A DNA stretch of 64,000 bases from an uncultured Actinomycetota bacterium (GTDB taxonomy: Bacteria; Actinomycetota; Actinomycetes; Mycobacteriales; Micromonosporaceae): assembly GCA_963836785.1 (NCBI GenBank), contig CAWIKW010000019.1, forward strand, positions 9,961 to 73,960, in the 5' to 3' direction. A model generated the notes under the pieces. The model was not told where the DNA came from and made no database searches. It saw only the letters and a list, made by a program, of their open reading frames with translations. Position 1 is the stretch's first letter. Every line of letters begins with the position of its first letter. Below are positions 8,440 to 17,466 of this stretch, piece after piece. The position numbers and the translations under genes were made by a program.

Positions 8440-9639
8440 CTATGGGCGCGCGTCGTGAACGGACTGGATCAGGTCGTTGCGGAGCCGGTCGAGGCCGGCG
8501 TCGATCGCACCGAGCAGGACCGGATCGTCGCTCACGCCACTGGTGGCGATCGCGGCTTCGAGCGGGCCGTTGGCGCGCATCACGACCGCGGCGGCGTCGC
8601 GGAGGCGGGCGCCGCCGGCCCGGCCAACCGCGCCGGCCAGGACGATGAGCGACGGATCGAGCACGGCGACGACGGTCGCGGCGGCCAGCGCGACACGTTG
8701 TGCCAGGGCCGCGATGAATGCCGCGCCGCCGGTCGCGACCGCCTCGGCCGGGGTCTTGGCATGCACGCCGTGCTCGGCCGCGAGCCACAGCACCGCCGGT
8801 CCGGAGAGGACGCTGTGCAGGTCTGGACTGTCGCGCGGGGCCGCCGAGCGCTGGCTCGGGGCGTTCAGGCCGGTACGGCCACCAACCAGCCCGAGCGGCA
8901 TGTAGCCGATCTCGCCGGCTCCGCCACGCGAACCGCGCAGCAGCGTGCCCCCGAGATCGATGGCGAGCCCGAGGCCGTTGTCGAGCCACAGCAGCGCGAA
9001 CGACTCGGTGCCGGCGCCGACACCGTGCCGACGCTCGGCGATCGCGGCGAGGTTGACGTCGTTGTCCACCTCGACCGGGGCGGCGAGCCGGCGGCGCAGC
9101 GTCGACACGAGCCCCGGGCGGCCGAGACCCGGCACGTCGACGTGGTGGATGGTGTCGGTCGTGTGGTCGTACGACCCGGGCACGCCGAGGTGGGTGTGCC
9201 GGATCCGGTTCGGATCGAGGCCGGCGTCCAGGCAGACCGAGTGGAGTTCGAGGATGAGCGTGTCGGCCGGGTCGGTCCCGTCGAGTGCCACGATCCGCTC
9301 GTCGCGCGCCCGCGTCGTGCCGGCGAGGTCGCAGACCGCCAGGGAGATCTCCGGCGGCCCGCCCGTCTCTCGTACGGACAGGGCGGCCGTATAGGCCCCA
9401 TCCGGGTTCGTCGCGTAGATCTCGGCGTTCGGGCCGGGGCCGCCACTCGTGTGACCAGTGATGCGCGCGAGGTCGGCGAGAACGAGCGCGCGCAACACAT
9501 CCGACGTCGTCGGCTTGGACAGGCCAGTCAGCTCCCGGATATCCGCCCTGGTCAGCGGGCCGCGAGTCAGCAGGTGGGCGAGGACGGCGCTGGTGTTCAT
9601 GGCGCGGAGCAGTTTCGCTGAACCGGACGGCCGTTCCAT
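8440..9639 (-). CDS. ROK-family transcriptional regulator
   Basis: 399 aa. N-terminal winged HTH (LTRADIRELTGLSKPTTSDVLRAL) followed by a ROK sugar-kinase-like fold (VDNDVNLAAIAE, GGAGEIGYMP). Confidence 0.88.
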   Translation of the reverse strand: MERPSGSAKLLRAMNTSAVLAHLLTRGPLTRADIRELTGLSKPTTSDVLRALVLADLARITGHTSGGPGPNAEIYATNPDGAYTAALSVRETGGPPEISLAVCDLAGTTRARDERIVALDGTDPADTLILELHSVCLDAGLDPNRIRHTHLGVPGSYDHTTDTIHHVDVPGLGRPGLVSTLRRRLAAPVEVDNDVNLAAIAERRHGVGAGTESFALLWLDNGLGLAIDLGGTLLRGSRGGAGEIGYMPLGLVGGRTGLNAPSQRSAAPRDSPDLHSVLSGPAVLWLAAEHGVHAKTPAEAVATGGAAFIAALAQRVALAAATVVAVLDPSLIVLAGAVGRAGGARLRDAAAVVMRANGPLEAAIATSGVSDDPVLLGAIDAGLDRLRNDLIQSVHDARP

Positions 9640-9755
9640 CGGGCCCCCATCCGCGCGATCGTCGGGACGATCATCAGTTAGGCAACCTGACTAACTATTG
9701 CGGGAGAACGTACGACCGCATCGCCGTCGTGTCAATGGGTGTGTTTTCGCAGTCC

Positions 9756-9848
9756 ATGATCCATCGGCACGGACGGTTGAGGACGATATTCGACCGCAAT
9801 CGTCCCGGTCTGTGGATCATGAAAAACGGCCTGGTGGATCATGAAAAG
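9756..9848. promoter_or_regulatory. Three copies of a GGATCATG core: two exact 14-mers GTGGATCATGAAAA in direct orientation plus one inverted copy
   Basis: GTGGATCATGAAAA at 9812-9825 and 9835-9848 (23-bp period). The inverted core ATGATCCA is at 9756-9763. All lie in the 354-bp GC-poorer spacer between the ROK gene and padR. Confidence 0.5.
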
Positions 9849-9993
9849 TGGGGATGCGGCCGGCCGCAGGAGCGCTCGGAGGCGCCCATGCTCCACGCCC
9901 GACGGAGCGGTGTGGACAGATAGATGACCTCTAATGTGGACACGCAATAGCGATATCCTGGACGGGTCGGTCAAATCGTGGCACCGTGGACTC

Positions 9994-10509
9994 ATGCCAG
10001 AGTCTGGAGTAAATGCCACCGCGGCCGCGTTGTTGGGGCTGCTACATGACGGTCCGATGACCGGTGGCCAGTTGATGGCCGAAGCCGACCGCAGGCTCGG
10101 CGCTTATTGGTCGATGACGCGCAGCCAGGTCTACCGGGAGCTGCCCGCACTCGCCGACATGGGATACGTACGGATGGGCAAGCCAGGGCCACGGTCCAGC
10201 CAGCCGTACTCGATCACGCCGTCCGGCCGTCGTGCCTTTTCGCGCTGGCTGAACGAGGAGCCGGCCCGAGAAGCCGTACGCAATCCAGTCGTTCTGCGGG
10301 CCGCGTTCGGCAACTTGCAGACGCCCAACACGCTCGCATCGGCGTACGCGGAGGCCGCTGACTACCACAGTCAGGCGCTCGCGGATCTTCGCGAGACGGT
10401 CAAGACGATGAAGCGTGACGGGGACACCTTCACGGCGGCGGCGCAGGAATTTGCGATCGGGTACCACAAGGCAGTGCTTGCTTGGCTCAAGACGGCTCCT
10501 ACTAAGTAA
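9994..10509 (+). CDS. PadR-family transcriptional regulator
   Basis: In-frame ATG 9994 of track ORF 9934..10509. AALLGLLHDGPMTGGQL...SQVYRELPALADMGYV...YSITPSGRRAF is the PadR winged-helix signature. Confidence 0.85.
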   Translation: MPESGVNATAAALLGLLHDGPMTGGQLMAEADRRLGAYWSMTRSQVYRELPALADMGYVRMGKPGPRSSQPYSITPSGRRAFSRWLNEEPAREAVRNPVVLRAAFGNLQTPNTLASAYAEAADYHSQALADLRETVKTMKRDGDTFTAAAQEFAIGYHKAVLAWLKTAPTK

Positions 10510-10521
10510 GCCCTAGATCAA

Positions 10522-10595
10522 CGGCGCCGGGGCGAGCTTGCCCGCTCGACGGCAGAGCGTTTTAGGTCTTCGTGGGCAAGCTCGCCCCGGCGCCG
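10522..10595. terminator. 22-bp perfect inverted repeat with a 30-nt loop, downstream of padR
   Basis: cggcgccggggcgagcttgccc (10522-10543) pairs perfectly with gggcaagctcgccccggcgccg (10574-10595). There is no U-tract. Confidence 0.55.
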
Positions 10596-10761
10596 GACCT
10601 GTGTGGGCTGCGTCGGTAGACGAGGGGTTTAGGGCTCTCGGGGTGGACGTGGGATCGGGGGACGGTCCCGTGGCGGCGGGCAAGATCCAAGTGGGGGCGA
10701 CGGGACGGGTTGGCCTGGGCGCGGCGGGCGAGGCGCGGATTGGGCCGGGTAGTCAGTACTG

Positions 10762-11889
10762 TTGATTGCTGTGACTGAAGTCGATTACGCCGAACAGCTC
10801 AAGAGCCTCGATGCCGTCCTCCGCAATGTGGAGGTCGTGCTCGACCTGCCGCGCATGCGCAAGGAGAAGGCTGAGCTGGAGGCGGCCGCGTCCGAGCCGA
10901 GCCTCTGGGACGATCCGGGGCGGGCGCAGCAGGTCACGTCGAAGCTGTCGTACGCCAGCGCCGAGATCAACCGGGTCGAGAAGCTCCGCGGCCGGCTGGA
11001 CGACGCCGGTGTGCTGCTGGAGTTGGCCCAGGGTGAGGACGATCCGGCGTCACTGGCCGAGGTCGGCACCGAGATCGTCGCGCTCCGGAAGGCGATCGAC
11101 GAGCTGGAGATCCGGACGCTGCTGTCCGGCGAGTACGACATCCGCGAGGCACTCGTGACGATCCGGTCGGGCGCGGGCGGCGTGGATGCGGCCGATTTCG
11201 CCGAGATGTTGCTGCGGATGTACCTGCGCTGGGCCGAGCGGCATGGCTATCCGACCGAGGTCTATGACACCTCCTATGCGGAAGAGGCCGGGATCAAGTC
11301 GGCCACGTTCGCGGTCAAGGTGCCATACGCCTACGGCACGCTCTCGGTTGAGCAGGGCACGCACCGGCTCGTGCGGATCAGCCCGTTCGACAACCAGGGC
11401 CGGCGCCAGACGAGTTTCGCCGCGGTTGAGGTCGTGCCGGTCGTCGAGCAGACCGACGCGATCGACATCCCGGACGACGAGATCCGTGTCGACGTCTACC
11501 GGTCGTCCGGCCCGGGCGGCCAGGGCGTCAACACGACGGACTCGGCGGTCCGGCTGACCCATATCCCGACCGGCATCGTGGTCTCGTGCCAGAACGAACG
11601 GTCGCAGATCCAAAACAAGGCGACCGCGATGGTGGTGCTGCAGGCGAAACTGCTCGCGCTCAAGAAGGCCGAAGAAGCCGCCACGATGGATGCGCTGCGG
11701 GGTGACGTGGCCGGTTCGTGGGGCGATCAGATGCGGTCGTACGTGTTGCACCCGTACCAGATGGTCAAGGATCTTCGCACCGAGTACGAGGTCGGCAATC
11801 CGTCGCCGGTATTCGACGGCGATCTCGATGGTTTTGTCGAGGCGGGCATCCGCTGGCGTAAACAGAGAGAGATGGCTGTCCGGCCTTAG
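10762..11889 (+). CDS. prfB: Peptide chain release factor 2
   Basis: 375 aa with [29 protein letters not shown] and [26 protein letters not shown] (SPF and GGQ motifs). The frame is continuous, so there is no +1 frameshift site. The start is uncertain (TTG 10762 or GTG 10771). Confidence 0.93.
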   Translation: MIAVTEVDYAEQLKSLDAVLRNVEVVLDLPRMRKEKAELEAAASEPSLWDDPGRAQQVTSKLSYASAEINRVEKLRGRLDDAGVLLELAQGEDDPASLAEVGTEIVALRKAIDELEIRTLLSGEYDIREALVTIRSGAGGVDAADFAEMLLRMYLRWAERHGYPTEVYDTSYAEEAGIKSATFAVKVPYAYGTLSVEQGTHRLVRISPFDNQGRRQTSFAAVEVVPVVEQTDAIDIPDDEIRVDVYRSSGPGGQGVNTTDSAVRLTHIPTGIVVSCQNERSQIQNKATAMVVLQAKLLALKKAEEAATMDALRGDVAGSWGDQMRSYVLHPYQMVKDLRTEYEVGNPSPVFDGDLDGFVEAGIRWRKQREMAVRP

Positions 11890-12013
11890 TGACCCAGCTC
11901 ACACGCAATTCGCGGGAATTCATGGGTTTTTGTCCCGAGTTGTGCACCCGATTGTTCCGAATCGGCACGGGACACCGACTTGGCTCAGAGTCATCACCGC
12001 GTAAACTCCACCC

Positions 12014-12694
12014 GTGATTCAGCTCGAAAACGTCACGAAGACCTATCCGAAGGCCGCCCGTCCCTCCCTCGACGGCGTGTCTGTGTCCATCGACAAGGGC
12101 GACTTCGTCTTCTTCATCGGCCCCTCCGGCTCGGGTAAGTCGACCATCGTGAAGCTGCTGCTGCACGAGGTCGCTCCGACAAGGGGACGAGTCGTCGTCA
12201 ACGACAAGGACGTCTCGACGCTGCGATCGTGGCGGATCCCGCACTTCCGCCGGTCGATCGGTTGCGTGTTCCAGGACTTCCGCCTGCTGCCGACGCGTAC
12301 GGCCTACGAGAATGTCGCGTTCGCCCTCGAGGTGATCGGCAAGTCGCAGGCCGTGGCGCGGCGCGTAGTGCCCGAGGTGCTCGAACTGGTCGGCCTCGGC
12401 GGCAAGGAGCACCGCTACCCCCACGAGCTCTCCGGTGGCGAGCAGCAGCGCGTCGCCGTGGCGCGGGCATTCGTCAACCGGCCGCTGATCCTCCTGGCCG
12501 ATGAGCCGACCGGAAACCTCGACCCCGATACGTCGATCGAGATCATGCGTCTGCTCGACCGGATCAACCGCACGGGCACGACGGTCGTGATGGTGACGCA
12601 CGACTCGAACATCGTGAACCAGATGCGTCGCCGAGTCGTCGAGATCGAAGGCGGCAAGATCGTCCGGGACCAGCCCCGCGGCGTGTACGGCTGA
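12014..12694 (+). CDS. ftsE: Cell-division ABC transporter ATP-binding protein FtsE
   Basis: 226 aa with Walker [10 protein letters not shown], signature [14 protein letters not shown] and Walker [14 protein letters not shown]. Followed by ftsX. Confidence 0.92.
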   Translation: MIQLENVTKTYPKAARPSLDGVSVSIDKGDFVFFIGPSGSGKSTIVKLLLHEVAPTRGRVVVNDKDVSTLRSWRIPHFRRSIGCVFQDFRLLPTRTAYENVAFALEVIGKSQAVARRVVPEVLELVGLGGKEHRYPHELSGGEQQRVAVARAFVNRPLILLADEPTGNLDPDTSIEIMRLLDRINRTGTTVVMVTHDSNIVNQMRRRVVEIEGGKIVRDQPRGVYG

Positions 12695-12746
12695 CGGAAC
12701 CCCCCGCCGGCCAGCCGACCCCGTCCGAAAGGAACACCGAACTCCG

Positions 12747-13622
12747 ATGCGTGCGAAGTACGTCCTGTCCGAAGTGATGGTCGGGCTGTGGCGCAACGTC
12801 ACGATGACCATCGCGATGATCATCACGATGGCGGTGTCGCTCACCATGCTGGGCGCCAGCCTCGTGATGTACCACCAGGTCGGGGAGATGAAGAAGACGT
12901 TCCTGTCGAATGTCCAGGTTTCGATCTTCCTCGACACGGCCGTGACCGACGACCAGACGCAGGCTCTGGACGCCAAGATCAAGAGCGACTCGCGTATCTC
13001 GAGCGACCAGTTCCTGGACAAGGACGCGTCCTGGAAGCAGTTCCAGCAGCAGATGGCGAACGACCCGGCGCTGCTGCAGTCGATCACGCCCGATCAGGTG
13101 CCACAGTCGTTCCGGCTGAAGCTCAAGAACCCCAACCAGGTCGACCAGATCTCCGCCACATACAAGGGCCTGCCCGGCGTCGACGAGGTCATCAATCAGG
13201 CGTCGGTGCTCAACCGGGTCTTCAAGGTGCTCGGGGCATTGCAGGGTCTGGCGCTGACACTCGCCATCGCCCAAGGACTCGCGGCATTGCTGCTCGTGGC
13301 CAACACGATCCAGGTCGCCGCGTACAGCAAGCGGCGAGAAGTCGCGGTGATGAAACTCGTCGGCGCGTCGAACTGGTTCATCCAGTCGCCGTTCGTCCTG
13401 GAGGCTATGTTCGCCGGCGCGATCGGTGCGCTGATCGCCTACGGCGGCTTGGTCGCGGCGAAGTTCTTCCTCATCGACGGATCGCTGTCGGCGTTGTCCG
13501 CGCTGCTCGGTGAGGTGAAGTGGTCGACAATCAACATCATGCTGCCGCTTCTGGTGGTCGCCGGAGCGCTGGTGTCCGGCCTCACCGGCTGGATCACCCT
13601 GCGGTTCTACATCAAGAAGTAG
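12747..13622 (+). CDS. ftsX: Cell-division permease-like protein FtsX
   Basis: 291 aa. One TM segment, a periplasmic domain, then three C-terminal TM segments (KLVGASNWFIQSPFVLE). Position after ftsE. Confidence 0.9.
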   Translation: MRAKYVLSEVMVGLWRNVTMTIAMIITMAVSLTMLGASLVMYHQVGEMKKTFLSNVQVSIFLDTAVTDDQTQALDAKIKSDSRISSDQFLDKDASWKQFQQQMANDPALLQSITPDQVPQSFRLKLKNPNQVDQISATYKGLPGVDEVINQASVLNRVFKVLGALQGLALTLAIAQGLAALLLVANTIQVAAYSKRREVAVMKLVGASNWFIQSPFVLEAMFAGAIGALIAYGGLVAAKFFLIDGSLSALSALLGEVKWSTINIMLPLLVVAGALVSGLTGWITLRFYIKK

Positions 13623-13646
13623 CTGCCTCAAGAGGCGATCGCGTCG

Positions 13647-13686
13647 AAGGGCGCCGGCATCCCGTACGGGGGCCGGCGCCTTTGGC
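13647..13686 (+). terminator. Hairpin plus T-tract after ftsX
   Basis: aagggcgccggc ... gccggcgccttt followed by T residues, 25 nt after the ftsX stop. Confidence 0.6.
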
Positions 13687-13862
13687 GTATGCCCCCGATG
13701 ATGGCGCGAACGAGATAGTCGGGATGATCGTTGTAGCTCGTCGATCATCGACGGGACTAACGAACAAGACGCCGACCGGCCGCGCCGGATACCATGGACG
13801 TCGCACTCATCCCGCCCCTGAAGCATGTGATGAACGTGCCGATGTCCGGGAGGTGATCAGTG

Positions 13863-14348
13863 ATGCCCAGAGAAAAGGGTCGCAAGGTCATCGCGTCCAA
13901 CAAGAAGGCGCGACACGACTATTCGATCTTGGAGACGTACGAGGCCGGGATCGCCCTGACCGGCACCGAGGTCAAGTCCCTCCGGATGGGCCGCGCATCG
14001 CTGGTTGACGGCTTCGCCCAGGAACGCAATGGCGAGATCATTCTGCACGGTGTCCACATCCCCGAATACACCCAGGGCACCTGGACCAACCACGAGGTTC
14101 GCCGTACCCGCAAATTGCTCTTGAAGCGCGCGGAGATCGACAAGATTCTTCGCAAGGTCGGGGACTCCGGTCTCACCCTCGTCCCGCTCCAGCTCTATTT
14201 CTCCGACGGTTGGGCGAAGGTCGAGCTCGGTCTGGCCCGGGGCAAGCGGTCCTACGACAAGCGGCAGGACCTGGCCGAACGCGACGCGAAGCGGGAGATC
14301 GCCCGCGAGTTCGGGCGGCACCTCAAGGGTGCGTCGCGCAGCCGCTGA
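13863..14348 (+). CDS. smpB: SsrA-binding protein SmpB
   Basis: ATG 13863 lies 9 nt after [34 protein letters not shown] and [13 protein letters not shown] are SmpB motifs. Confidence 0.93.
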   Translation: MPREKGRKVIASNKKARHDYSILETYEAGIALTGTEVKSLRMGRASLVDGFAQERNGEIILHGVHIPEYTQGTWTNHEVRRTRKLLLKRAEIDKILRKVGDSGLTLVPLQLYFSDGWAKVELGLARGKRSYDKRQDLAERDAKREIAREFGRHLKGASRSR

Positions 14349-14478
14349 CGGCGGCTGCGGACGACGCGCGGCACCAGCGCCGTAGTGGCGCGATCATCTC
14401 GGATGACGGTGGCCGCTCCGGCCGGCTAGAATGGGGGAGTCGCCCGCGAGGGTGACGCCTGCGACAACTCGCAGTCTC

Positions 14479-14848
14479 GGGGCTGACAGGTTTCGACTCT
14501 GTACGTTGCGGCAGGGGAAGCGAGCCGAGGAAGCCAACGCCGTCTCGTTAATCGACGTTGGAAACTATAAGCGCCAAGAATAATCGCGCTGAGCTCGCTC
14601 TCGCCGCCTGAGGCGAGTAGTAGCTCCGTCGGTCTGAGCATGCCTTCGGCCCAGTAACCGGCGTCATTTAGAGGGCTGGCCAACCAGATCCTGTCGCGGG
14701 GTCTGCGCGGCGAGACTAATCGCGACTGGGCCCGTCTCACCGTCTTGCTCACGTGAACGGTGGGGCCGAGTAATGACACAGTGAGCTGCGCTCGGAGAAG
14801 TCCTGTCAAGGCGGCGGAGGACCCGGGTTCGATTCCCGGCAGCTCCAC
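14479..14848 (+). ncRNA. ssrA: tmRNA (SsrA)
   Basis: The 5' GGGGCTGACAGGTTTCGAC pairs with the 3' ...GGTTCGATTCCCGGCAGCTCCA (a G3:U acceptor pair and a tRNA-like T-arm). The internal tag frame at 14573-14611 reads AKNNRAELALAA followed by a stop. Located directly after smpB. Confidence 0.9.
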
Positions 14849-14855
14849 AGCGACA

Positions 14856-14885
14856 ACGGCCCGGACCAGCAATGGTCCGGGCCGT
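14856..14885 (+). terminator. Hairpin after ssrA
   Basis: acggcccggacca / tggtccggccgt-type 13-bp stem with a 4-nt loop, beginning 8 nt after the tmRNA 3' end. Confidence 0.6.
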
Positions 14886-14915
14886 CGTGCATAGCCAGGC
14901 GGCTCCCGCGCGTTG

Positions 14916-15533
14916 TCATGGCGAGACGGCGATGCCGAGCGACTCCGCCGCCGCGAACTTCGGCGCGCCCTTCTGGTAGAAGACGTCGAGTTCGGTGATC
15001 GTGAAGCCGGCGGCGGCCAGCATGTCGACGATCGGGCGGGTGAAGTGGCACCCGGCGAGCGCGCGGACTTCGATCGGGTCGAGGCGGCGCTGCCAGCGGC
15101 GTACGTTCTCGTCCGGCGCGAGGCCGTGTTCGGCGAAGTGAAGCGCGCCGCCCGGCTTCAGTACCCGTCGCAACTCGGCGAGGGCGACGGCGGCGTCCGG
15201 CACCGTACACAGGGTCCAGGTCGACAGCGCGGCGTCGTAGCTGTCATCAGGGAATGGCAGCGACTGCCCGTCCAGTCCGGATCGCTCGATCAGCACCGTC
15301 GATTGACGGATCCGCTTGTCCGCCAGCTTCCAGCCGACATCGGCCGGTTCGACAGCGGCAACGCGCTTGATGTCGCGCGGGTAGTGCGGCACGTTGTGAC
15401 CCGAGCCAAAGCCGATCTCGACGACATCGCCGTACAAACCAGCGCAGACGCGGTCTCGCATCGGATCCATCGACTTGGCGCCGCAGGCCATGTTGAGCAC
15501 GTGCGGGACAACCCGGTCAGCGTAGAAACCCAT
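14916..15533 (-). CDS. Class I SAM-dependent methyltransferase
   Basis: 205 aa with VVEIGFGSGHN (motif I) and LKPGGALHFAEH. Confidence 0.8.
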   Translation of the reverse strand: MGFYADRVVPHVLNMACGAKSMDPMRDRVCAGLYGDVVEIGFGSGHNVPHYPRDIKRVAAVEPADVGWKLADKRIRQSTVLIERSGLDGQSLPFPDDSYDAALSTWTLCTVPDAAVALAELRRVLKPGGALHFAEHGLAPDENVRRWQRRLDPIEVRALAGCHFTRPIVDMLAAAGFTITELDVFYQKGAPKFAAAESLGIAVSP

Positions 15534-15696
15534 CGTCTGCCTCCTCGTATCGATGTCGCGCGGCTGGCACCCGCCATACGGACGACGTTAGGTCGCGGCT
15601 GCCCCCGCGTCATGGGGCGTTCTCCCCATCTCCTGTCGGCGCGGGTCGCCACGAGCCCCGGCCACCGCGGCCGCCGCAATCCGGCCGCCGCGGCCG

Positions 15697-17271
15697 CTAC
15701 GCGGACTCGAAGTGGCCGGTCAGTCCGTGCTGGGTGGCGAAGAGCGTCGCCGCCGCCCGGCTGGATATGCCGAGCTTGGCGTAGATGTGCTCGACGTGGT
15801 TCGACGCTGTTTTCGGCGATACCACCAGGCGGCGGCCGATCTCCTTGTTCGAGCAGCCCCGGGCCAGCAGCGCGAGCACCTCGACCTCACGCGCCGTGAG
15901 GCCGCCGGGCCAGTCGCGCCGGGCCGGGGCCCGCTGGCCGGCGGCGGTCAGTACGGCGCGTACCGCGTCGCCGTCCAAGCGGCCGGCCCGTACGTCCGAC
16001 TGCAGCTCCGCGGTGGCCCGCTCGATATCGAGCGCCGGCCGGTGTGGTCGTGGCTCCGTCATCGCGTGGAAGACGTCGGCGGCGGCCAGCAAGCGATCCG
16101 ACGGCGTCAGCGAGCCCGCGCTCAGCCCGCGCGGATAGCCCGAACCGTCGAGGCGCTCATGGTGGCGCGACGCGATCACCCGACTCGATTCGAGCGCCTC
16201 GACCCGCGCCAGCATGCGGTCGGTGAGGTACGGATGAAGCCGTACGCGTTCCACCTCGGCCGGGGTCAGCCGACCGGCTCGGTCCCAAATCGTGTTCGAG
16301 ACGCCGAGTCGGCCGAGGTCGTGGATCAGGGCGGCGCGCCGGATAGTGGTCACGTCGTCGGCCGACAGCCCGGACGCGCGCGCCGCGGCACTGGCAAGGT
16401 TGGCCACGCCACGTGAGTGGCCGGCGAGATATGGCGACTTCAGATCGACGAGGTCGGCCATCGCCTCGAGCACACCGTCAAGTTCGGCGCCATCGACGCG
16501 CCGGGACAGCTGCGGCTCAGCGTCAAGCACCGCGTTCCAGTCGGACGCGTCGCCGAGACCGTCCAGTGTGGCCGGTGCGTTCGCCAGGAACATGTCGACG
16601 AGACCGTCGTCGAACTGCGTGCCGCGATTGCGCCTGGCCATGGCGCGCGCCCCATCGAGGCCGCGGCGGCGACTGAACACCTCGACCGGACCGGAAAGTT
16701 GGACGAGTCGCGCCGGCAGACAGATCTCGTCGCCGCGCAGATGCTCGGGCTGGCCTTTGCCGTCCCACTGCTCGTACGCCTGCCGCATCGCCGTCGCGAC
16801 CGCCCCATCGAGGCCGATCCGGTCGGCGAACTGGGCTCCGAGTGTGGAGTGCGTCGTCAAGAACGTAATCATCCGTCGTTGCCCGACGACGGGAAACGAC
16901 GCGAGCCGCCGAGCCCGCGCGATGCCCGAGCCGTGCGAACCGATCCGGCGCAGCATGAACGAAATCATCTGCGGCGTGTTCATGTCGAGCATCTCAAAGC
17001 CGTCGCTCTTGAAGCTGATCTCGTCGCCGAACCACATCGCCTGCTCGGTCGCGTCGGCGTGGCAGTACGCGTTCATCATCAAGCCGAGATAGAACGTCGC
17101 TTCGCGGTCGTCGTCGGTCGCGCCGGCAAGGTCGGCCAACCGCAACGCGATCACCGTCCGTCGCATGCAGTGCTCCATCGGCTGACCGAGGCCGAGGTCA
17201 GCCGCATAGGAGAGTGTCGCGACCAGCTCCGCGATCCGGATGCCGCGCGGGTCCGGCGTAACCGCCATCAC
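15697..17271 (-). CDS. Degenerate HD-GYP domain, canonical HD-GYP domain and C-terminal LuxR-type HTH in one protein
   Basis: 524 aa. The second domain has [12 protein letters not shown] and [14 protein letters not shown]. The first domain has only [13 protein letters not shown]. The C-terminus [44 protein letters not shown] is a LuxR/GerE HTH. Confidence 0.85.
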   Translation of the reverse strand: MMAVTPDPRGIRIAELVATLSYAADLGLGQPMEHCMRRTVIALRLADLAGATDDDREATFYLGLMMNAYCHADATEQAMWFGDEISFKSDGFEMLDMNTPQMISFMLRRIGSHGSGIARARRLASFPVVGQRRMITFLTTHSTLGAQFADRIGLDGAVATAMRQAYEQWDGKGQPEHLRGDEICLPARLVQLSGPVEVFSRRRGLDGARAMARRNRGTQFDDGLVDMFLANAPATLDGLGDASDWNAVLDAEPQLSRRVDGAELDGVLEAMADLVDLKSPYLAGHSRGVANLASAAARASGLSADDVTTIRRAALIHDLGRLGVSNTIWDRAGRLTPAEVERVRLHPYLTDRMLARVEALESSRVIASRHHERLDGSGYPRGLSAGSLTPSDRLLAAADVFHAMTEPRPHRPALDIERATAELQSDVRAGRLDGDAVRAVLTAAGQRAPARRDWPGGLTAREVEVLALLARGCSNKEIGRRLVVSPKTASNHVEHIYAKLGISSRAAATLFATQHGLTGHFESA

Positions 17272-17466
17272 CAGAGTCTAGGCAGGTCGCGGCGCCGGCC
17301 GGTCCAGCCGGCGCGCCTTGGCACGATCGAGATCATCGATGGCCGGCTCGCACCCCCGGAACCGACCCAGCAACCATCCGGATCTGCAACTTTCGGAAAC
17401 CACCCGACCGATTTAGTCCGATATGTCAACCTGAGTCGGTGGGGGGCACGAGTTGCGGTGTAGCCG

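Noticed and set aside
9729-9923. 64-aa ORF in the ROK-padR spacer
   Set aside because: It has atypical codon composition for this genome, no RBS and no recognisable fold. The region is better explained as regulatory DNA.
10538-10765. 75-aa Gly-rich ORF upstream of prfB
   Set aside because: It is a by-product of the G-run tract. It has no RBS and no protein-like features, so it is treated as non-coding. The G-run tract is reported separately.
10762-10900. Programmed +1 frameshift site in prfB (CTT TGA C type)
   Set aside because: I looked for an early in-frame TGA with an upstream SD-like element. The RF2 frame is continuous from the start codon, as is usual in actinobacteria.
14849-15700. 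Genomic island inserted at the ssrA 3' end
   Set aside because: There is no integrase gene, no duplicated ssrA 3' segment visible nearby, and the hairpin terminator follows directly. It is only noted as context for the signalling block.
17326-17340. ATCGAGATCATCGAT palindrome in the HD-GYP-LuxR / kinase divergent spacer as a lux-box
   Set aside because: Only the 5-bp arms match and the central 5 nt are asymmetric. This is too weak to call.
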